Translations under genes and position numbers: made by a program | Source of the DNA: Bacteroidia bacterium | Lineage (GTDB): Bacteria; Bacteroidota; Bacteroidia; DATLTG01 | Assembly: GCA_039924845.1 (NCBI GenBank) | Contig: JBDTAC010000073.1 | Location: 8,614-72,613, forward strand | Direction of reading: 5' to 3' | DNA length: 64,000 nt | Notes under the pieces: model-generated | Databases searched by the model: none | Told to the model about the DNA's origin: nothing | The model's input: the letters and a program-made list of their open reading frames with translations, nothing else | Part shown: piece by piece, positions 58,451 to 64,000 of the stretch | How the letters are laid out: each line of letters starts with the position of its first letter | Numbering within the stretch: the stretch's first letter is position 1

Positions 58451-61093
58451 ATGGAGAAACTAAAAAGAGAAAAATCTGAGTACGGTAGAAGTTTGATGGA
58501 AGCAAGTTTAGATTCTTTATTTGTGGTAAATCCCATTGGTAAGATTTTAGATGTAAACGAAGTTACGCTGAAGACTACAGAAAAATTGAGGGACGAGATT
58601 ATTGGTACCGACTTTTTAAAATATTTTACTGAACCCGAAAAAGCACGAAAAGCTTACGAACAAATATTTGCCAAAGGGATTATAAAAAATTATTCACTTA
58701 CCATAAAAGATGGAAAAGAAACTCCTGTATTGTGTAATGGTTCGGTTTTTAAAGACAACAAAGGAAATGTAGAAGGAGTTGTGATTACTATCAGAGATAT
58801 TACGGTTAGAAAAGCCGATGAGTTAATCATTGCCAACAAAGAATTAGCATTTCAAAACGAAGAAAAAGGAAAACGTGCCGATGAGTTAATCATTGCCAAC
58901 AAAGAACTAGCATTTCAAAACGAAGAAAAAGGAAAACGTGCCGATGAGTTAATCGTTGCCAACAAAGAACTTGCTTTTCAAAATGATGAAAAAGAAAAAC
59001 GTGCAGCAGAATTAGTTATTGCTGACGTAGAACTTCTTTTTCAAAACAAAGAAAAAGAAAGAAGAGAAATTGCAAATAAAGAATTGGAAGCATTTAGTTA
59101 TGTTGCAAAATTAGCTTCTCAATATTCACTTAGTCTTATAGAAGCCAGTCGTGATCCATTGGTTACCATCAATACGAAAGGTAAAATTACGGATATGAAT
59201 GAAGCAACGGCAAATATTACAGGACTAACTCGCAAAGAGCTTACAGGTACAGATTTCTTTAATTATTTTACGGAACCACAAAAGGCTCGTGAGGTGTATC
59301 AGGAAGTTTTTGCGAAAGGTTCAGTTGCCGATTCTCCATTAACACTTCGTCATAAAGATGGGAAACTTACCGATGTATTATTTAACGGTTCTGTCTATAA
59401 AGATGACAAAGGCAATGTATTAGGTGTGGTAATTGTTGCGAGAGATGTTACCGACCAAAAAAGAATTGCAACCGAATTATTGGAAGCAAAAATATTCGCC
59501 GAGTTAGCTACAGAAATTGCTGAAGAAGCAAAACGTAAAGCAGAAAGCGCTACTCGTATTGCAGAAGATGCGGTAAAAGCGAAGCAGCAATTTTTGTCGA
59601 ATATGAGTCATGAAATTCGTACACCTATGAATGCCATTATTGGTTTTACTAAAGTGGTATTGAAAACAGATTTATCGTCCAAACAAAAAGAATATTTATC
59701 GGCAATAAAAGTGAGCGGTGATGCTTTAGTTGTGCTTATTAACGACATACTTGATTTGGCAAAAGTAGATGCTGGAAAAATGAACTTCGAGCACATTCCT
59801 TTTAAATTGGCATCGTCTATTTCCGCTATGTTGCATTTGTTTGAAACTAAAATTCAGGAAAAAAATTTAGAATTAGTTAAGGAGTACGATACTAATATTC
59901 CCGACGTATTGGCGGGTGACCCTGTGCGCCTGCATCAAATTATTTTAAACTTGGTAAGCAATGCCGTAAAGTTTACAACTGAAGGAAAAATAACAGTGAG
60001 TGTTCGTTTAGTATATGAAGACAATGAAAAAATAAAAGTAGAATTTGCCGTTAAAGACACAGGAATTGGAATAACGGAAAATAAAATAAAAAATATTTTT
60101 GAAAATTTTCAACAAGCAACCAGTGGCACGTCCAGATTATATGGAGGAACGGGTTTAGGACTTGCCATTGTTAAACAACTGGTAGAACCGCAGGGAGGTA
60201 CTATACGTGTGGAAAGTAAAATGGGCGAAGGCTCTACATTTAGTTTTATATTGCCTTTTTTAAAAACAAATGCAGCAGCTGAATTAGAAAACAACTTAGT
60301 GGAATTAGATACTGACGTTAAGAACATAAAAGTATTGGTGGTTGAAGACATTGCGCTTAATCAATTATTAATGAAAACGCTGTTTGATGATTTTGGTTTT
60401 GAACCAGACATTGCAGATAATGGAAAAATAGCGATTGAAAAACTAAAGACACAATCGTACGATATTATTTTGATGGATTTGCAAATGCCCGAAATGAATG
60501 GCTTTGAGGCAACTGAATACATCCGAAATAAAATGAATTTAAAAATTCCAATAATTGCTTTAACAGCCGATGTAACTACGGTTGATTTAGCAAAGTGCAA
60601 AGCCGTTGGTATGAATGATTATATTTCAAAGCCTGTTGACGAAAGGATATTATACAATAAAATAATTAGCTCGGTAAGAAAAACGATATCTATAAAACAG
60701 GATGATCAAAAAGAGAACAAGAGCAAAAAAACAAAATGTATAGACTTAAATTATTTAACCCATCGTACCAAATCTAATCCAACATTGATGATGGAAATGA
60801 TATCGCTTTATTTAGAACAAACACCGCCACTGATTAGTGCCATGAAAACGAGTTTGCAAAATAAAGATTGGAATTTATTACAAGCTTCAGTGCACAAAAT
60901 GATTCCCTCTTTTTCAATTATGGGCATCAGTGCAGACTTTGAAAATATGGCAAAAAAAGTACATGAATATGCCCGCAATCAGCAACAAGCAGATAACATA
61001 TCTGATTTGGTTTTGCAGCTCGAAAATATATGCACGCAAGCATGTCTTGAATTGGAAGAAGAATTTAATATAATTAAAAACAAAAAAGAATGA
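58451..61093 (+). CDS. hybrid sensor histidine kinase/response regulator (2x PAS, HisKA, HATPase_c, REC, HPt)
   Basis: 880 aa. PAS cores, H-box SHEIRTPMNAI, N/G1/G2 boxes, REC domain and C-terminal HPt. Contains three tandem 54-nt repeats encoding ADELIIANKELAFQNEEKGKR. Confidence 0.85.
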   Translation: MEKLKREKSEYGRSLMEASLDSLFVVNPIGKILDVNEVTLKTTEKLRDEIIGTDFLKYFTEPEKARKAYEQIFAKGIIKNYSLTIKDGKETPVLCNGSVFKDNKGNVEGVVITIRDITVRKADELIIANKELAFQNEEKGKRADELIIANKELAFQNEEKGKRADELIVANKELAFQNDEKEKRAAELVIADVELLFQNKEKERREIANKELEAFSYVAKLASQYSLSLIEASRDPLVTINTKGKITDMNEATANITGLTRKELTGTDFFNYFTEPQKAREVYQEVFAKGSVADSPLTLRHKDGKLTDVLFNGSVYKDDKGNVLGVVIVARDVTDQKRIATELLEAKIFAELATEIAEEAKRKAESATRIAEDAVKAKQQFLSNMSHEIRTPMNAIIGFTKVVLKTDLSSKQKEYLSAIKVSGDALVVLINDILDLAKVDAGKMNFEHIPFKLASSISAMLHLFETKIQEKNLELVKEYDTNIPDVLAGDPVRLHQIILNLVSNAVKFTTEGKITVSVRLVYEDNEKIKVEFAVKDTGIGITENKIKNIFENFQQATSGTSRLYGGTGLGLAIVKQLVEPQGGTIRVESKMGEGSTFSFILPFLKTNAAAELENNLVELDTDVKNIKVLVVEDIALNQLLMKTLFDDFGFEPDIADNGKIAIEKLKTQSYDIILMDLQMPEMNGFEATEYIRNKMNLKIPIIALTADVTTVDLAKCKAVGMNDYISKPVDERILYNKIISSVRKTISIKQDDQKENKSKKTKCIDLNYLTHRTKSNPTLMMEMISLYLEQTPPLISAMKTSLQNKDWNLLQASVHKMIPSFSIMGISADFENMAKKVHEYARNQQQADNISDLVLQLENICTQACLELEEEFNIIKNKKE

Positions 61094-61524
61094 AAAACAA
61101 TAATAAAATAAACCTTTTTTTGGTAGATGACGATGCGGTGTTTTTAAAATCACTTGAAATTGAGTTTTTAGAACATGCTGATTTTAATATTGAAATGTTT
61201 GCAACGGGGGAACTTTGCATAGAGAACTTAGCGCACAATCCAGATGTAATTATTTTAGATTACCACTTGGATGGCATTGATAAAAATGCAATAAACGGAA
61301 TAGAAACACTGGATAAAATAAAAGAATTTAATCCGAATATTCCTGTTATCATGCTGTCCTCTCAAGATAAAATTAATGTGGCTGTTAACTGTATGCACCA
61401 TAAAGCAACTGATTATGTGGTAAAAAGTGAAACTGCTTTCATACGTCTGAAAAAGATTATTACCACAGTTCTACGACAACAAGAAACGGAAAAGCAATTG
61501 AATTGGTACATAGAAAGGATGTAA
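61090..61524 (+). CDS. stand-alone response-regulator receiver protein
   Basis: 144-aa REC domain (DDD...D, S/T, K pattern). It overlaps the hybrid kinase stop by 4 nt (ATGA). Confidence 0.8.
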   Translation: MKNNNKINLFLVDDDAVFLKSLEIEFLEHADFNIEMFATGELCIENLAHNPDVIILDYHLDGIDKNAINGIETLDKIKEFNPNIPVIMLSSQDKINVAVNCMHHKATDYVVKSETAFIRLKKIITTVLRQQETEKQLNWYIERM

Positions 61525-61670
61525 CTTCTTTTTTATTTTTTCATTCTCCTTTCATCTGTATTGATCCCGTGAATTATGCAAATCATTTACAAGATTGTGT
61601 AACGCTTACGTATAGAAACATCGGCACCTTTGTATCGTAATAATTCAGTTACAAAATAAATCCTAAAAAA

Positions 61671-61928
61671 ATGACAACTACATCAAATCCAGTTAAAGCA
61701 GAGAACCAAAAAGGATCTACTACTGAAAATCAAAAAGGTATTGAAAACCACAAAGAGATTGCATCTCATTGTGAAGCAGCAGCAAAAAATCACTTGGAAG
61801 CGGCAAAGTGCCATACAGAAGGAAACCACGAAAAAGCTGCCCAGTGTACAATTAAAGCGCAAGGACACATTCATCTTGCAAGTAAAGGACAAAGACAAGA
61901 TGCAAAGCATCATGCACTGAATAACTAA
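61671..61928 (+). CDS. small His/Cys-rich hypothetical protein
   Basis: 85 aa. Repeated H..EAAK.H / C-H motifs with no signal peptide; possibly metal-binding. Confidence 0.4.
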   Translation: MTTTSNPVKAENQKGSTTENQKGIENHKEIASHCEAAAKNHLEAAKCHTEGNHEKAAQCTIKAQGHIHLASKGQRQDAKHHALNN

Positions 61929-62118
61929 ATTTCCGTTAGTTCTTAAAAAAGCACTGTGTTATAACATGGTGCTTTTTTTATTCAAAGTCATTGCAAAATT
62001 TGAAACGACAAATCTGTGAATAATGTAACTTATATCCGATTTTGTGTAATACTTCTATAAATAAAGTAGCGCACTTTTGCTTCGTAATTATTTTTAACCA
62101 TTTAAACACTTACAAACT

Positions 62119-62691
62119 ATGAAAAAATTATCCTCATCTATTCTTTTATTTATTGGTGCAAGCATTTTGCTTTCTTCTTGTGGCAACCGATTAATCTCCA
62201 TAACAAAGCGCCACTATAGAAGTGGATATTATGTTGATAATGTTTACAAGAAATCAACAGTAACGCAGCAAGCAAAAAAGCCTGTTTATACGAAACAAAT
62301 GTTGGCTGTTTCACCACAAGTTATTGCGCCGATAGTTGTGAAAGTTGACAGAGGAAATGCGGTGATGCCAATTGCGGTTAAAAAACAAAACGTAAGACTC
62401 GTAACGGCTACAAACAGCAAACCAGTTGTAAATCCACATGTGCTATCTACAAATATGCCTGAGATTGTTTCTGCGAATATCCCGAAAGTTAAAACAATGC
62501 GTGAACGTTTAGATCAAGGAGATAATTATTCAAGCAATGCGCGTAGTCTTTTTTGGCTGGTCATTACGATATTGCTAATTCTATGGCTATTGGCGATTCT
62601 TTCTGGTGGTTGGGGATTGGGAGGATTGGTAAATGTACTTCTTGTTATCGCCTTAGTATTATTTATTCTGTGGCTCTTTCGTTTGATATAG
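62119..62691 (+). CDS. lipoprotein with C-terminal lmo0937-like double-TM tail, hypothetical
   Basis: Lipobox LLSSCGN. The C-terminus LLILWLLAILSGGWGLGGLVNVLLVIALVLFILWLF resembles the small lmo0937-family membrane proteins. Confidence 0.5.
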   Translation: MKKLSSSILLFIGASILLSSCGNRLISITKRHYRSGYYVDNVYKKSTVTQQAKKPVYTKQMLAVSPQVIAPIVVKVDRGNAVMPIAVKKQNVRLVTATNSKPVVNPHVLSTNMPEIVSANIPKVKTMRERLDQGDNYSSNARSLFWLVITILLILWLLAILSGGWGLGGLVNVLLVIALVLFILWLFRLI

Positions 62692-62767
62692 ATTTTTAGT
62701 ACGCAACGTAAAGTTCCGGTTAAAAAAAGTATTTCTTAAAAAATAATTTTCACTTATATATATAACA

Positions 62768-62923
62768 ATGAACAATCTATTATATATCATCGCGATAATC
62801 TTTATCATTGCTTGGTTTATTGGCTTTTTTGCTTTCAATGTAGGAGCTGTTATTCACATCCTTCTGATAATTGCAATCGTCGCAATCTTGTTGCGCCTGA
62901 TAAGAGGTAAAGACATCATTTAA
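62768..62923 (+). CDS. lmo0937 family small membrane protein (51 aa); not in the supplied ORF track
   Basis: MNNLLYIIAIIFIIAWFIGFFAFNVGAVIHILLIIAIVAILLRLIRGKDII: two TM helices and the family consensus (LLYII.I..I.W..GFF.....HILLVIAI.A.L). It is below the 60-aa track cutoff. Confidence 0.5.
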   Translation: MNNLLYIIAIIFIIAWFIGFFAFNVGAVIHILLIIAIVAILLRLIRGKDII

Positions 62924-62970
62924 TGTCAATAAAAATTATAAGATCAAATAAATAATTATAAGAAAATACT

Positions 62971-63936
62971 ATGAAAAAAATCACAATTGTAATGATCGTA
63001 CTATCTTCTTTCCTATTTGGTAGTGAAACTATTTATGCGCAGGTTAGTGCAAGTGTGCAAATTCAGATTGCACCACCAGAAATGCCTGAATATGTGCAAC
63101 CTCCTTGCCCTGTTGATGGGTATGTTTGGGAGCCTGGATATTGGGCTTATGGTATCGAAGGATATTATTGGGTACCCGGAGTATGGATTTATCCAGCACA
63201 AGTTGGCTTTTTATGGACGCCCGGTTATTGGGGTTTTGAAGGTGGCTATTATGGCTGGAGTGCTGGTTATTGGGGAGAAAATGTTGGTTTTTACGGCGGA
63301 GTATGTTATGGAAATGGATATAACGGTGAAGGATATTACGGCGGACGCTGGGAAGGACAGCATTTTCGTTATAACACAGCAGTAAGTAACGTAAATGTAA
63401 CTGTCATCCACAATACTTACGTAGATAGAACCAATATTAATAATGTTGAAGTTAACCATTCCAGCTTTAATGGAGTAGGAGGAGTTGCGAGACGTCCATC
63501 TGCAAATGAACAAGTAGCGATGAAAGAAAAGCATATTCAGCCCACTTCCAGACAATTATCACATCAACAGGCCGCAAGTAAAAATAGAAACGAACTTTAT
63601 TCAGTAAATAAAGGGCATCCTGCTTCAACATCCACGAGCAGAGCAAGTAAGCAACCTGTTCATAATGCAGCAATTAAAACGCATCAAGCGAGTCCTGCAA
63701 ATGGTAATAGAACCAAACAACAATCTCCTACTCCAACGCAGAATCGTGTTCAGAGAAACGCTGTACATCACCAAGCTACAGCTCCGAAACACACTAATCA
63801 ACAACAAGAAAGAAGACAACCTGAACATCATGCTGCTGCCCCAAAACAAGTTAATCAACAACAAGAAAGAAGACAGCCTCAAGAACATGCTGCTCAACCA
63901 AGAGAACAAGAACATAGTAGAGAAGGAGGAAGATAA
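62971..63936 (+). CDS. secreted Trp/Tyr/Gly-repeat protein with Q/H/R-rich tandem-repeat tail; paralogue of 17693-17995
   Basis: 321 aa. Signal peptide, PPCPVDGYVWEPGYW...YYWVPGVW...LWTPGYW...YGWSAGYW repeats, then a low-complexity tail containing ~57-nt tandem repeats. Confidence 0.6.
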   Translation: MKKITIVMIVLSSFLFGSETIYAQVSASVQIQIAPPEMPEYVQPPCPVDGYVWEPGYWAYGIEGYYWVPGVWIYPAQVGFLWTPGYWGFEGGYYGWSAGYWGENVGFYGGVCYGNGYNGEGYYGGRWEGQHFRYNTAVSNVNVTVIHNTYVDRTNINNVEVNHSSFNGVGGVARRPSANEQVAMKEKHIQPTSRQLSHQQAASKNRNELYSVNKGHPASTSTSRASKQPVHNAAIKTHQASPANGNRTKQQSPTPTQNRVQRNAVHHQATAPKHTNQQQERRQPEHHAAAPKQVNQQQERRQPQEHAAQPREQEHSREGGR

Positions 63937-63961
63937 TAAATCTCTTTGTTTCTACCTTTAT

Positions 63962-64000
63962 AAAAAACACGTTTGAAAAAATATTTTTTCAAACGTGTTT
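63962..64000. terminator. A6-cacgtttgaaaaaatattttttcaaacgtg-TTT (runs to the window end)
   Basis: Perfect 30-bp palindrome with the conserved A6-TAT-T6 core, 26 nt after the stop at 63936. Confidence 0.75.

Noticed and set aside
1-64000. Searched for a CRISPR array, rRNA, tmRNA/SRP/RNase P signatures and phage integrase/capsid genes
   Set aside because: No regularly spaced direct repeats, no rRNA-like conserved blocks, no recognisable tmRNA/4.5S/RNase P motifs and no phage structural or integrase ORFs. The only tRNA found is tRNA-Leu at 21722-21804.

Overview
This looks like a low-GC (roughly 35%) chromosomal segment from a gliding, T9SS-bearing Bacteroidota (Flavobacteriia-like) genome. It is gene-dense and mostly core housekeeping: dxs, trpS, lysC, fbp, efp, lpxD, hemW, gmk, nadD, yicC, meaB, tpiA, prmA, folP, plsY and dnaA. 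The accessory content is four tandem FKBP-type PPIase lipoprotein genes, T9SS cargo proteins plus a PorP/SprF gene, glycosyltransferases, a ClC channel, a cation/proton antiporter, two-component systems, one tRNA-Leu(CAG), and a decayed IS200/IS605 element. The most unusual signal is not a gene. It is a pervasive palindromic A/T word, core GAAAAAATATTTTTTC with variants AAAAATWWTTTTT, present about 50 times. In intergenic positions it sits inside perfect 30-34 bp palindromes whose G/C arms differ from site to site while the A6-TAT-T6 centre stays constant, and these read as bidirectional terminators. The same word abuts or overlaps start and stop codons and recurs inside CDSs. Other findings are a second short hairpin repeat family (TGTCATTCT-loop-AGAATCTGCACG), a 550-bp hairpin-rich non-coding island, a 37-nt perfect direct repeat flanking a T9SS adhesin-like gene that itself carries a ~390-bp internal duplication, paralogous secreted W/Y/G-repeat proteins, a 1500-aa orphan secreted protein, and a candidate origin region upstream of dnaA. 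No CRISPR array, rRNA, intact prophage or recognisable defence island was found.
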